Virus record (IMG/VR): IMGVR_UViG_3300021963_000091
Direction: 5' to 3' (one strand)
Length of the DNA: 64,000 nucleotides
Origin: an uncultured virus (IMG/VR IMGVR_UViG_3300021963_000091)
Lineage: Duplodnaviria; Heunggongvirae; Uroviricota; Caudoviricetes
The notes below the pieces were generated by a model, which was given only the letters and a program-made list of their open reading frames with translations, was not told where the DNA came from and did not search any database. Both the position numbers and the translations under genes were made by a program. Below, in pieces: positions 47,844 to 57,990 of this stretch (its first letter is position 1; every line of letters starts with the position of its first letter).

Positions 47844-48974
47844 ATGGATAAAGACATTCAAAAAGTTCTAGCAGAAATTGATACTATTAGCCCTTACGCT
47901 ACGTTTCTTGATAAGAGTACACTCTCGACAGTTAACGAGTGGATTGATACCGGATCAATGCCACTCAACGCAATTATTAGCGGCTCTCTATACGGCGGAA
48001 TTCCTAAGAACCGTCTTACTATGATATGTGGTGAGTCGATGACCGGTAAGACGTATATCGTTATGCGAACTCTCGCCAATGCGCAAAAACTCGGTTATAC
48101 AGTTGTAATTTTTGATACAGAGAATGCTATTGATAAAGAATCTGCGCAGAATCTTGGCCTAGATACTTCCAAAGTAAAGTATGTACCGTGTTTTAGTATT
48201 GAACAAACGAGAAATTCTATCTATAAGTTCTTAACCAAGGCTAAGGAAGTAGGAATAACAGGCAAGTTTATTGTAGCTATTGACTCTCTCGGCAATTTAG
48301 AGAATGAACTTAGTTTTAATCGAATGGAGAAGGAGAGTACGTCCATGGATATGGGTACCCGCGCACGGTCGATTAAATCTCTTTTACGTACCTGTACTCA
48401 GCTTGCAGCCTATACTCAAACAACATTTATCTGTACCAATCATACCTACGATGATCCTAGTGCAATGTATGAATCTATTATTAAGATTCAACCTGGAGGT
48501 AAGAGCGTAACTTACCTGCCGTCAGTGACAGTGCAGCTTGCACGTAAACCGGAAAAGACTGACGAGGGCAAGACTACGGACGGTGAGCTAACTGTTGGTC
48601 AGCGGAATTACCCGGGTGTAATTCTACGAGCTCTTACGGTAAAAAACAGATTTATTCAACAATACCTTCAAACAGAAATGTATCTTAGTTTTAGGTCAGG
48701 TCTCGATAAGCACTATGGCTTATTGGATCTCGCTGTAGGCTTTGGAATCGTAATTCAAACAGGGTCTACATATACCTTGGCTAACGGTGAGAAGATAGGA
48801 TTCTATAAAAATTGGCGTAAGAATGAAGATATCTGGAAGCAAATTTTACCTGGTATTGAGAAAGCTATTGGCGAGAAGTGGGCTTATGGTAGTGCTGTCG
48901 AGGAAGTTATGCCTGATGAAAGTGAGGATATTGCTGGTACATCTAATCTTAAGTCAATAGTTGATAATGCATAA
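47844..48974 (+). CDS. uvsX: RecA/UvsX recombinase
   Basis: IDTGS..LN..ISG, GESMTGKT, FDTE, IDSLGNL, TNHTY, GG, KNRF; promoter TTGATT-N16-TATACT at 47810-47837. Confidence 0.93.
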   Translation: MDKDIQKVLAEIDTISPYATFLDKSTLSTVNEWIDTGSMPLNAIISGSLYGGIPKNRLTMICGESMTGKTYIVMRTLANAQKLGYTVVIFDTENAIDKESAQNLGLDTSKVKYVPCFSIEQTRNSIYKFLTKAKEVGITGKFIVAIDSLGNLENELSFNRMEKESTSMDMGTRARSIKSLLRTCTQLAAYTQTTFICTNHTYDDPSAMYESIIKIQPGGKSVTYLPSVTVQLARKPEKTDEGKTTDGELTVGQRNYPGVILRALTVKNRFIQQYLQTEMYLSFRSGLDKHYGLLDLAVGFGIVIQTGSTYTLANGEKIGFYKNWRKNEDIWKQILPGIEKAIGEKWAYGSAVEEVMPDESEDIAGTSNLKSIVDNA

Positions 48975-48995
48975 TAATAATATATTATCTTTTAT

Positions 48996-49175
48996 ATGAA
49001 CAAAGTATCATTAGAAATGTCAATTGTAGCAGACACCGACGGTAAGACTCTTCTCAAAACTAAGGTGCCGCTTGAATCCCTTAATACTCTAGTTAAGACT
49101 AAAGGTGAAGCCGAAGTTAAGAGATTTATCTGGGAGATGTTTAGCAAGCTTACTCACGAGATTGCTAAGCCGTGA
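48996..49175 (+). CDS. 59-aa hypothetical protein upstream of queC
   Basis: Hand translation MNKVSLEMSIVADTDGKTLLKTKVPLESLNTLVKTKGEAEVKRFIWEMFSKLTHEIAKP; own promoter at 48961-48988; GTGA overlap with queC. Confidence 0.7.
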   Translation: MNKVSLEMSIVADTDGKTLLKTKVPLESLNTLVKTKGEAEVKRFIWEMFSKLTHEIAKP

Positions 49176-49870
49176 AAAGTGTTGTTTGCTTCTCAGGCGG
49201 AATGGATAGCACTGTACTACTCTACAGTGCTATCCGTACGTTTGATCAGGTACTCGCTTTATCGTTTTTTTACGGTCAGCGACATAATAAGGAGTTAGCA
49301 TGTGCTACAGAGATTGCAAAATTACATACTAATGTAATTCATAGGATTATTGATGTATCATTCTTCAAAGATATAGCAAGTAAATCCGCATTAACTAATC
49401 CCGATATCGCTGTTGCAAAGGCTCGTGATGTAATGGGAGACCCTCAGACCGTAAATTATGTTCCTTTCAGAAACATGATGGTCCTCTCAATTGCTTGTGC
49501 AGCAGCAGAGAGCATTGATGCCACAAGTGTTCAGTATGGCGCTGCACAAGCAGACTCTGTTGCGGGCTACTGGGACGGCAGCGCGGAATTTCTCAACTCT
49601 ATCAATGAAGTTACGATATTAAATCGTCGTTCTAAAATTAAAATTGAAGCACCTCTCATTGAAAAGAGTAAGGCTGATATTATTAGGTGGGGTACGGAAC
49701 TCGGTGTACCGTTTGAAAAGACTTGGACCTGCTATGAAGGAGCGGAGCTGTCATGCGGTACCTGCCCGGCTTGCTCTTTACGTTTGAAGGGTTTTATTGA
49801 TGCTAAAATTCAAGATCCTATCCCATATGTTAAGCATATCCCGTGGGATGCGCTTATGGTCAAGGGGTAG
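49172..49870 (+). CDS. queC: 7-cyano-7-deazaguanine (preQ0) synthase
   Basis: FSGGMDST, YGQRH, YVPFRN, APL, TWTCY, CGTCPAC..R. Confidence 0.96.
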   Translation: MKSVVCFSGGMDSTVLLYSAIRTFDQVLALSFFYGQRHNKELACATEIAKLHTNVIHRIIDVSFFKDIASKSALTNPDIAVAKARDVMGDPQTVNYVPFRNMMVLSIACAAAESIDATSVQYGAAQADSVAGYWDGSAEFLNSINEVTILNRRSKIKIEAPLIEKSKADIIRWGTELGVPFEKTWTCYEGAELSCGTCPACSLRLKGFIDAKIQDPIPYVKHIPWDALMVKG

Positions 49871-50534
49871 GAGGTATCTTAAATCTAACGCCAACCTCTG
49901 GCGATTCAAGCATATCGACTATTTGGCCCCGCTCTACCGGGTTTCTATAACCTCTAGCAAGCAGGAGATTTAAGAAGTTTGCTTTAGTAATATCTATTGT
50001 CTTCTTCCTCGCAGCCTGACGGCGCCTAGGTCCAGGCGGAGTAGGTCCAGGCGGAGTAGGTCCAGGTGCAGCAGGTGCAGCAGGTGCAGCAGGCGGAGTA
50101 GGTGCTGTGAGACTTGATTGATTAACCTCTTCTACAACTTTCTTAAAGGCGTTACCTAGGCTAAGTGCACCAAACGTTTTAAATGTTTGTGTAGGATTTA
50201 CATTTAGTTGATCCCAGGTTGTAGAAGTCGTAGCGCTAGCGTTAATCCCATTAAGCTTACTAAGATAGGCTGTTAGGTCACCGTATTTTGCGTCCCCCTC
50301 TCGCTTACCGACTTTAGCTAACTCAGCAACGAACTTATTGTACATGTCGTTAATATCTTGCTGACTTTTAGCTTCAGATCGTTGCGCAGTCTTACTCATG
50401 AAGGGAGTAAGAGCTCTTTTAATTCTTGAACCTACACCGTAGGGGGAAGTTCCAAAAGGGTTATTAGCTTCAGAAATTATCTTAGCTCCTGCAATTTTAT
50501 GTATATATAATTGCTCTAAATCGTAGTTATTCAT
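49860..50534 (-). CDS. Pro-rich late protein, candidate internal protein
   Basis: IISE motif near N-terminus; PAA/PTPPG repeats. Confidence 0.65.
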   Translation of the reverse strand: MNNYDLEQLYIHKIAGAKIISEANNPFGTSPYGVGSRIKRALTPFMSKTAQRSEAKSQQDINDMYNKFVAELAKVGKREGDAKYGDLTAYLSKLNGINASATTSTTWDQLNVNPTQTFKTFGALSLGNAFKKVVEEVNQSSLTAPTPPAAPAAPAAPGPTPPGPTPPGPRRRQAARKKTIDITKANFLNLLLARGYRNPVERGQIVDMLESPEVGVRFKIPPTP

Positions 50535-50536
50535 AA

Positions 50537-51460
50537 TTATTCGTCAGTGTCAGGAACTTCGGTTCTGCCTTGCGCAATATTTCGTCTCATATTCGTGAGC
50601 TCTCTACTCATTGCATCTAAGTTATAGTCCTCATCACCGTCATCAGGGTCTAAAATTATCGCGGGATCTGCATTATCTGTAATCTTTTCGATCATACCTG
50701 CCTGAAGCATTTCTGAAAGAACTGCTTTTATTTCAGATTGTAATACCGCTTCGCTCTCGAGTATTTCTACTAACTTCGCTCCGGTTACTTCCTCACCCTC
50801 CCCTATTTCTAGACGCAGTATTTCATACATCTCATTTACATACGGATTTCTAGACCGGCCTTCCGATAATTTATATTTAGAAGTGACGGAAATATGCGTA
50901 TACTCTCGCTCAGCAGGCGGAGCTGGTGCCCGGGGTACTGCAGGATTATTAACAGCAGCCGGGTCAACTACCTGCTGTATAGCTTGTATTACAGGCGCAG
51001 CATCTGCAACCTGGCCTTCAAAATCTTTTGTAACAACTCTACCCTTATCGACGTCTGCGAGTTTAAGTATATAGTTAACAACTATTCTCGCGGCATATCC
51101 CGAATCAGCTTTACTGCCTCCTAGTTTCCTATGAATTATACCTGTAACTCTATCTTGTAATTCGTCTTTAGTACCAGCGAAGTATAGTTGATACTGTACA
51201 CCGCCGACAACACGAGGATCGCGAGTAAATATCTCATTTTTTATAGCAACTACGATATTGTCAGTAATCTCGACGATATCTCTGCCGGTATCACGAGAGT
51301 AATCACCGATTCTGTACCCACTAGCATCAACAGTGCCCTTCTGGGCTCTATGATGACGAATTTTTTCCGGTGCACCAAATCCATCCTCAGGCCCCGCAAA
51401 CGGTGTAGCTTCGTTTAAACTGCGAAGATAGGTTTCAAATATCAGATTATTATCAATCAT
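50537..51460 (-). CDS. Candidate internal head protein
   Basis: Likely start MIDNNLIFETYLRSLNE; TAAATA at 51474-51479. Confidence 0.7.
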   Translation of the reverse strand: MIDNNLIFETYLRSLNEATPFAGPEDGFGAPEKIRHHRAQKGTVDASGYRIGDYSRDTGRDIVEITDNIVVAIKNEIFTRDPRVVGGVQYQLYFAGTKDELQDRVTGIIHRKLGGSKADSGYAARIVVNYILKLADVDKGRVVTKDFEGQVADAAPVIQAIQQVVDPAAVNNPAVPRAPAPPAEREYTHISVTSKYKLSEGRSRNPYVNEMYEILRLEIGEGEEVTGAKLVEILESEAVLQSEIKAVLSEMLQAGMIEKITDNADPAIILDPDDGDEDYNLDAMSRELTNMRRNIAQGRTEVPDTDE

Positions 51461-51503
51461 ATTATTCTTGAAATATTTATGCTTTAGCAATATATTTATC
51501 CTG

Positions 51504-52145
51504 ATGTGTGCTATATTTGGTTCGAGTAAGCTGAGTACATTTAAGTCTCTGTATGCGGCCAATATGCATAGAGGTGACTTTGCATTTGGTGGGGTATTTA
51601 TTGGTCGAAGTCGTGGAGGTGACATTATTAAGGTACCAGGTATATATGATTTTAGTCAAAATACCGAATCTATAACGTACTTTACCGGTCATACCCAGGC
51701 ACCGACGTCGACAGCGCAGAGATTTAATGAGGATACTTCGCACCCGTTCATATACAACGACTGGGTAGTTTGTCATAATGGTATTATAACAAACTACAAG
51801 AAGCTTCAAAAGTCTTTAATAGTAAATGCTGTAAATGTAGTTGACAGCTCTATAATACCTGTTATGTTGTCGATAGAGTGTAATGATTATACGCTAGTAG
51901 AGGGTATTAAGAGGGTACTTTCACAGATCGAAGGTACTCACACCACATCTCTTTATAATAAGATGTATAATAGATTGTTTTTAGCTCGCTGCGGTAGTAC
52001 TTTATATGTAAATAAAAATGACTACAGTTCTTCAGTGTTTGAGGGTTGCAGTGAGGTCGCTGAGGGATCCTTGCTAGAACTCGTAGATAACAACTTTAAA
52101 GTGGTAGGCAGATTTAAAAATAATTCACCGTTCTTTATTCTATGA
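51504..52145 (+). CDS. Class II (Ntn) glutamine amidotransferase
   Basis: MCAIFG with N-terminal Cys, HRG, GHTQAPT, SHPF, CHNGIITNY, VDS; promoter TTGAAA-N17-TATATT. Confidence 0.88.
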   Translation: MCAIFGSSKLSTFKSLYAANMHRGDFAFGGVFIGRSRGGDIIKVPGIYDFSQNTESITYFTGHTQAPTSTAQRFNEDTSHPFIYNDWVVCHNGIITNYKKLQKSLIVNAVNVVDSSIIPVMLSIECNDYTLVEGIKRVLSQIEGTHTTSLYNKMYNRLFLARCGSTLYVNKNDYSSSVFEGCSEVAEGSLLELVDNNFKVVGRFKNNSPFFIL

Positions 52146-52810
52146 AATCCATCGTTGTATCAGTTACCAGAGAGACAGATCCCGCAAAAACTCTACTATA
52201 TGAAAGTCTTAAATCACTAAAAGAGAAAGGTGTAAAATTTTCCGCACACTTCTACACACAGAATACTCAAGGGCTAAGCCAGGTGTATAATCGAGCTATT
52301 AATGAGCTGACGAATTACGACTGTATAGTCTTTGTGCACGATGACGTATACATTGATGATGCCTACATTTTCGATAAGATTAAAGACGGCTTCCAAGAAT
52401 ATGATATTATAGGAGTAGCAGGCGCTCTCGATCCTGTTATTAAAGCTCCAGCTTTATGGCATCTAATGACAAAGAGGGAGAACTGGAGAGGTGCAGTTGC
52501 TCATTTTATTCCTAATGTGATGCAGATAGGAGTAACAAGTTTTGGTCCTATGCCTGCGGTAGTTACGATATTAGACGGAGTATTCTTAGCTGTTAACCGG
52601 TCTAAGACTTTAAAAGCTGGTTGGAAGTTTAATGAAAACTATACTTTTCATCATTATGATGTATCATCCACCCTTGATGCAACTAGAAAAGGTCTTGTTT
52701 GCGGGGTATTACCGATTCATATCGTTCATAAATCTCCGGGGTTAAGTAACATTAATGACGCAACATTTGTAGAGAATCAACGTAGGTTTTTAAGCGAATA
52801 TCAGCTATAA
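52142..52810 (+). CDS. GT-A glycosyltransferase (StrF/Glyco_tranf_2_5-like)
   Basis: GLSQVYN, VFVHDDV, IIGVAGA, LDGVFLAV, FHHYD, H.SPG; 4-nt overlap with the amidotransferase. Confidence 0.82.
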   Translation: MKSIVVSVTRETDPAKTLLYESLKSLKEKGVKFSAHFYTQNTQGLSQVYNRAINELTNYDCIVFVHDDVYIDDAYIFDKIKDGFQEYDIIGVAGALDPVIKAPALWHLMTKRENWRGAVAHFIPNVMQIGVTSFGPMPAVVTILDGVFLAVNRSKTLKAGWKFNENYTFHHYDVSSTLDATRKGLVCGVLPIHIVHKSPGLSNINDATFVENQRRFLSEYQL

Positions 52811-52816
52811 TATTAA

Positions 52817-54154
52817 GTGATGTTAAAGCTTGATCTTGATTATTTCGAGGTTATTATAGCCTATAAGAGTCTGACCGACAGCACGTACCTGGCTTCAATT
52901 GTAGATTATGTAGACCCGAAATACTTTAATAATAAGGATGTAAGAAGTATCTTTGGTATAATCTCAGGCTTTTATATAAAGAGGAATACCTCTCCCACGA
53001 TAGCAGAGATAAAGTCTTATCTCACTACTTCTGAATTAAAGACTAGCTTCAAAGCAGTAGTAAAGCTATTTGACGATATTAGCTCTAAGCTTAACACGGA
53101 AGAATTATACAGTAATACCGAACAATTTCTAAAGGAACGAGCAGTATACACAACAATGATGGAGACGGTGGAAGATATCGGTAATGATAAAGTTGATACG
53201 TCAGATATTCTGTTGAAGTTTGAAAAGGCTTGTAATATATCCCTAACGCAGGAAATGGGTATAGATTTATCTAGAGATTTTAATATCGCCAAGCAACATA
53301 TAGAGCAGGATATGCCGTGTGTCAGTACAGGGTGGCAGTGGCTAGACGGTAGACTCAGTGGCGGTTATTTAAGAGATGGTAGAGCTCTTTATGTTTTTGC
53401 CGGTGAAACTAATGTAGGTAAGAGTATAGTGCTTGGTAATACCGCTGTAGCTTTAGCGAAGCAAAATAAGACCGTACTAATAGTTACTCTCGAAATGTCA
53501 GAGTTCATGTATGCAAAAAGACTATATTCGAACCTCTCAAAAATACCTATTAGTAGCCTAAGAGGATCAATGGATAAGCTCAAGGAGCATATCGGTACCC
53601 ACGATCAAAAGAACCCTAATGGTAAGATTCTTATTAAGGAATTTCCTCCGAGTACCATAACAGGTAACCATTTAAAGGCATATATAAAGAAGCTAACCTC
53701 TAAGGGGGTTAGGCTCGATGCCATAGTGATAGATTATGTCAATCTTCTACATTCAACGATAGGTAATAATAGCTATGAACGCGTAAAATACTGCACAGAG
53801 CAGTTAAGAGCCTTATCGTATGAATTTAACTGCCCGGTCATAACAGCAACGCAGTTGAATCGATCGGGTTATGATGCAAACGAGCCAGGTCTAAATACTA
53901 TTTCAGAGAGCATGGGGCTTGCTGCTACTGCTGACGTTATATGCAGTATCTATAGACCAGATCCCGACAATCAGGAGAATATTATTAGCTTCGGTATGAT
54001 GAAGAACCGTTTTGGGGTTAATTCGGGCTCACATTCAATGCGTATTGATTATAGTACATTAACCATCGTGGAGGATAAAACTGCTAATAATACAGAGTTA
54101 GGCCAGTCATCGATTAATTTACTTAGAACGTTAGATATGGACTCTAATGACTAG
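52817..54154 (+). CDS. gp41: Replicative DnaB-like helicase (T4 gp41-like)
   Basis: AGETNVGKS, TLEMSE, IKEFP, IDYVNL, TATQLNR, SES.GL..TAD, KNRFG. Confidence 0.95.
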   Translation: MMLKLDLDYFEVIIAYKSLTDSTYLASIVDYVDPKYFNNKDVRSIFGIISGFYIKRNTSPTIAEIKSYLTTSELKTSFKAVVKLFDDISSKLNTEELYSNTEQFLKERAVYTTMMETVEDIGNDKVDTSDILLKFEKACNISLTQEMGIDLSRDFNIAKQHIEQDMPCVSTGWQWLDGRLSGGYLRDGRALYVFAGETNVGKSIVLGNTAVALAKQNKTVLIVTLEMSEFMYAKRLYSNLSKIPISSLRGSMDKLKEHIGTHDQKNPNGKILIKEFPPSTITGNHLKAYIKKLTSKGVRLDAIVIDYVNLLHSTIGNNSYERVKYCTEQLRALSYEFNCPVITATQLNRSGYDANEPGLNTISESMGLAATADVICSIYRPDPDNQENIISFGMMKNRFGVNSGSHSMRIDYSTLTIVEDKTANNTELGQSSINLLRTLDMDSND

Positions 54155-54171
54155 GGCTATAAATTATAATA

Positions 54172-55011
54172 ATGTCGAAACAGAGTATTTTTATCTTTAC
54201 CGGCGCCAACCTGGACGGTGCAGGCTGTGTATGGATATTAAATCAGCTATTTAGTGGCAGCTCTATCACCCATAAAGTAACTTCAGAAACATCTCTGAAG
54301 GAGGATATCAACGCCTTTATAAAGCATCACATAGACAAATACGATAAAGTATTTCTGTGTAATATAAGCCGTACTGATGAGATCCTTCGTTTGCTTGACA
54401 ATAATAAGGTGACAGCATTCGAGCGTAGTGAGATATGTAGCTGCACAGAGCTAATTTACAGGTATTTTTCGAGTCAGGCATCTAAATCCTTAACAGATAA
54501 TCAGAAAATACTCGTCAAGTTAATTAGCGACTTCGACAGTTATCAACTAAAGACAAAGACATCCTACGATTTAAATACGCTATTCTATAGTATGAGCGGC
54601 GATAGGGTAGCTCAATTTTGTAAAGAGTTCAGTCAAGGTTATACCGGATTTAGCCTTATACATAAAGCTACACTAAAGTATCATACTCTCAGAGTTAAGG
54701 ATATAATTGATAATCTCGAATGTTATAGTACTACTATAACTAAGAAGTATAAAGTAGTATGCTGTTTTAGTGATTACGGCGTAAATGATATAGCAGACTT
54801 CCTATTTAAAGACTGCGGAGCTGATATAGCAATAATTGTTAATGCTCCGATGAAGAGAGTATCTTTTAGAGCTAATAAGACGTGTGACTACGATGTATCT
54901 AAACTAGCTGTTAAATTATGTGATGGCGGCGGCAGGGAGAAAACAGCCGCAGGTAAATTAACTGATAAATTTTTGAGATTTTCTAGTCTATTTAAACAGC
55001 ATGAAAATTGA
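54172..55011 (+). CDS. Degenerate DHH/DHHA1-family phosphoesterase
   Basis: NLDGAG, D.DS, VSFR, GGG..AAG; DHH motif not found. Confidence 0.65.
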   Translation: MSKQSIFIFTGANLDGAGCVWILNQLFSGSSITHKVTSETSLKEDINAFIKHHIDKYDKVFLCNISRTDEILRLLDNNKVTAFERSEICSCTELIYRYFSSQASKSLTDNQKILVKLISDFDSYQLKTKTSYDLNTLFYSMSGDRVAQFCKEFSQGYTGFSLIHKATLKYHTLRVKDIIDNLECYSTTITKKYKVVCCFSDYGVNDIADFLFKDCGADIAIIVNAPMKRVSFRANKTCDYDVSKLAVKLCDGGGREKTAAGKLTDKFLRFSSLFKQHEN

Positions 55012-55291
55012 CTCTCCTTCAGGGAATATGGAAGATGAAGAACTATACTGTCTGTTTGCAAAGCTCTGCACCTACGTTACTCTCGTGAATGGTAAGAAGC
55101 TCAATACTGCAAATGTTTTTTTGCATTTTTTGAAGAATAAGCAATTACGTAAGATATTTAAGAAACAATTTGAAGTCGATTCAGATTTTGAATGTATTCA
55201 GTTATTCTTAAAGTTTGACCCATCAATATATAAGAGCAAGTATATTATGAAATATTTAAATAATACTAGTAGTGCAAAGATTCTACAATAG
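55001..55291 (+). CDS. Hypothetical protein
   Basis: 96-aa ORF within operon. Confidence 0.7.
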   Translation: MKIDSPSGNMEDEELYCLFAKLCTYVTLVNGKKLNTANVFLHFLKNKQLRKIFKKQFEVDSDFECIQLFLKFDPSIYKSKYIMKYLNNTSSAKILQ

Positions 55292-55300
55292 AGTCATAGT

Positions 55301-55939
55301 ATGATAGAGTATGAAAGATTTATATATAATACCTACTTACGTATAAGTCGGCAAAGCTTTAATAAGCCATACAAGCTTAGAGTAGATTTTTCGAAGATAG
55401 AAGGAACCGAAGTAGAAGCAGCAATTAGATATCTATCTAATCTCTTTATTAAACATAAGCATATAAAAGTAGATCTATTCTTCGCAGCTCCGTATAAGAT
55501 ATACCCTATTTCATCGCAGTATTATCTAGACTACTATATATCTCAAAAAGCTATTAAAGCTTATAGTATTTATATTAATAAACTAAAATACGAGAATCCC
55601 GATGAAGACAATCAGCTTAAATTTGTAATAGAGTCATACAAATTTATAAAGGATTTTTGTACAAAGGAGCAGATAGATATAATTAATTATTGTGACTATA
55701 CTACGGGGGTGGTTAATGACTATATCGTTCACTTAAAAGACTTTAACGTAAGTGTATACGCATTGTTTCCATTTGTTAATTTCGAGAAGAATTTGTGGAC
55801 TTCTGATAAAAACATATTAAAGTTCATATTAAGCGACGAGTATGTTGACCGTTTTTACTGCTTTAGAAACAAATATCTAGAGTCAAAGAAATGTAAGACA
55901 TTAGCAGAGCTCGCGTATAAAAAACAAACAAACACATAA
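55301..55939 (+). CDS. Hypothetical protein at the gp59 position
   Basis: 212-aa Tyr/Lys-rich ORF directly before gp32; function suggested only by synteny. Confidence 0.6.
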   Translation: MIEYERFIYNTYLRISRQSFNKPYKLRVDFSKIEGTEVEAAIRYLSNLFIKHKHIKVDLFFAAPYKIYPISSQYYLDYYISQKAIKAYSIYINKLKYENPDEDNQLKFVIESYKFIKDFCTKEQIDIINYCDYTTGVVNDYIVHLKDFNVSVYALFPFVNFEKNLWTSDKNILKFILSDEYVDRFYCFRNKYLESKKCKTLAELAYKKQTNT

Positions 55940-55944
55940 CATAT

Positions 55945-56781
55945 ATGGCTACATACAATACAAAAATGTTCGAGAGCATCCGCGATGCTCTTGCTAAGAA
56001 CGATAACAAAATTGGAGAGCGTCTTAAAGATTTTCTTCGACCTGACGTAGGTAATACCTACGTAGTTAGACTTCTACCTAATCTTACTGATCCTGCTAAG
56101 ACGTTCTTCCATTATTATAATTTTGGTTGGAAGAGCTTTCTTGATGGTAAGAATATCAACGTAACCTCACTTCAAACGTGGGATCAACCTGACCCTATCG
56201 CTGAAGAGCGGTATCGTGTGTATAACACCGGGACTGAGGCCGAGAAGGATAAAATTAAAGCGGTTCGTCGCAGTGAAAACTGGTTGGTTAACGTATTCGT
56301 TGTTAGCGATAGTAAGTCGCCTGAGAATAACGGGACTGTTAAGGTACTTCGTTTCGGTAAACAGCTCGGTAAGATTATCTTTGATGCGATTGAAGGAGAA
56401 GGTGCTGAGGATTTTGGCCCTCGCGTATTTGATATGGGCGCCGATGGTTGCAGTCTTATGATTAAGGTCGAGAAGCAGGGTGACTACCCTACCTATGTAT
56501 CGTCTAAGTTTAAGATGCCAAAAGCTTTAGAAGATATGTCACCGGAGAAGATCGAGAAGGTATATAAATCTACGCTAGATCTTTCCACCTACGTCGTGAG
56601 CAAGTCGTACGACGAGCTCAAGAAGATCCTCGACGAAGCTTATCATTGCAAGAATGCCGATAACGATAAGCCTGCTAAAATCGTTAGCGAGTCTCCTGCA
56701 ACACCTAAACCGGCAGCCGCAATAGTTGCAGAAGAAGATAATGATAAAGTAATTCAAGATCTACTAAACGAACTGAATTAA
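55945..56781 (+). CDS. gp32: Single-stranded DNA-binding protein (gp32-like)
   Basis: VRLLP, NVFVVSD...PENNGTVK..RFGK, FD...G, Y..SKF, acidic tail. Confidence 0.88.
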   Translation: MATYNTKMFESIRDALAKNDNKIGERLKDFLRPDVGNTYVVRLLPNLTDPAKTFFHYYNFGWKSFLDGKNINVTSLQTWDQPDPIAEERYRVYNTGTEAEKDKIKAVRRSENWLVNVFVVSDSKSPENNGTVKVLRFGKQLGKIIFDAIEGEGAEDFGPRVFDMGADGCSLMIKVEKQGDYPTYVSSKFKMPKALEDMSPEKIEKVYKSTLDLSTYVVSKSYDELKKILDEAYHCKNADNDKPAKIVSESPATPKPAAAIVAEEDNDKVIQDLLNELN

Positions 56782-56782
56782 T

Positions 56783-57220
56783 ATGGACCCTATTGTAGAC
56801 GTAACAGGTGACGAGGCTAAGATGGCAATGATCCAGTTTCTGGGACAAAATATGTCAGAGCTCCGTCAACTAGATAGTTATATTATCAATAAAACTAATA
56901 CACTACAAGGGTTCGCAATAAACGCGCAAGATATTATAGATAAAATACCCGGTGGACCGTCGCCGGGTATTTTATCTGAATCTGTACCCGCAACAGAAGT
57001 TGAACTACCTACGATTCAAGTTGTTACGATGCAACCGCATGTGGTACCTTTAGTATCTAAAGATCAACTCGAATTTGATTTTAGATACGATGTAGCTAAG
57101 GACATAGCTGAGCAACTTAATAGGCTAAATGCACGCTTTGATAAGTTTGAAGCGACTCTTAACGCGATTGAAAGATATGTAGCTGACGGCAAATCTGTAA
57201 ATCCGCAAAAAAAAACCTGA
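56783..57220 (+). CDS. Hypothetical protein
   Basis: 145-aa ORF with C-terminal coiled coil. Confidence 0.7.
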   Translation: MDPIVDVTGDEAKMAMIQFLGQNMSELRQLDSYIINKTNTLQGFAINAQDIIDKIPGGPSPGILSESVPATEVELPTIQVVTMQPHVVPLVSKDQLEFDFRYDVAKDIAEQLNRLNARFDKFEATLNAIERYVADGKSVNPQKKT

Positions 57221-57248
57221 TACAGCGACTGATTAATGCACTAAGTTA

Positions 57249-57989
57249 ATGGAATTAAACATTACAAATAGCTCCGAGTTTGTAAACGGATTTATAGGCG
57301 GTTTAGCTAGGATAAGTGATACAGGAATTATCAAATTATCTAATAAGAAGTTTAGCTGCATTACCGCGACTTCAGATAATACGATAGTTGTAAATAGCGA
57401 GTATATAGACGATACTATACCCGAGGGGTTGAATCTAACACTCAATATACCTGATTTCAAGAAATTACAGAAATTGCTGTCAATATTACCAAGTAATTTT
57501 GTTTTAAATATTGATAGTAATAGTATCGGGTATAACTCAGAGGGTACTCGATTTAAGTTTCATCTATACGAAGAGGGTATCATCAGTTCACCTGCACTAA
57601 ATATAGGTAAAATTAATAGTATACCCTTCGATTATAAATTTCATGTGTTAACCGAAGATATAAGATGGTTAATGAAGAGTAGCTTTTTACTTCCCGACAT
57701 TACCAAGGTCTACTTTAACTTTACAGATACTAGAGTTCACGGCGAAATCACGGATAAGTCAAGACATAACGTAGACTCCTATACGAAGTTATTATGCAAT
57801 AACGCTGAGGTTATTGGTGAGCTTATTACCCGATCAGTGCCTATTAACATTGAGATTCTGAGACTATTAACTGCAGTCTCATACGAGAACCTCCTTGTAC
57901 GATATTCAAAAAATCTAAGTATCTTGACTTTTGATATTAAGCAGACTAACTTACATATGAAGTATATTGTCTCAGGACTTATTAACTAA
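57249..57989 (+). CDS. gp45: Sliding clamp (gp45/PCNA-like)
   Basis: 246 aa; LNIPDFKKL.KLL; beta-rich two-domain pattern; replication context. Confidence 0.65.
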   Translation: MELNITNSSEFVNGFIGGLARISDTGIIKLSNKKFSCITATSDNTIVVNSEYIDDTIPEGLNLTLNIPDFKKLQKLLSILPSNFVLNIDSNSIGYNSEGTRFKFHLYEEGIISSPALNIGKINSIPFDYKFHVLTEDIRWLMKSSFLLPDITKVYFNFTDTRVHGEITDKSRHNVDSYTKLLCNNAEVIGELITRSVPINIEILRLLTAVSYENLLVRYSKNLSILTFDIKQTNLHMKYIVSGLIN

Positions 57990-57990
57990 T

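Noticed and set aside
51461..51625. 55-aa N-terminal extension of ORF 50537-51625
   Set aside because: It overlaps the amidotransferase head to head; the late promoter places the start at 51460.
43764..54154. Inteins or introns in polymerase, recombinase or helicase
   Set aside because: Lengths are normal and motifs are contiguous.
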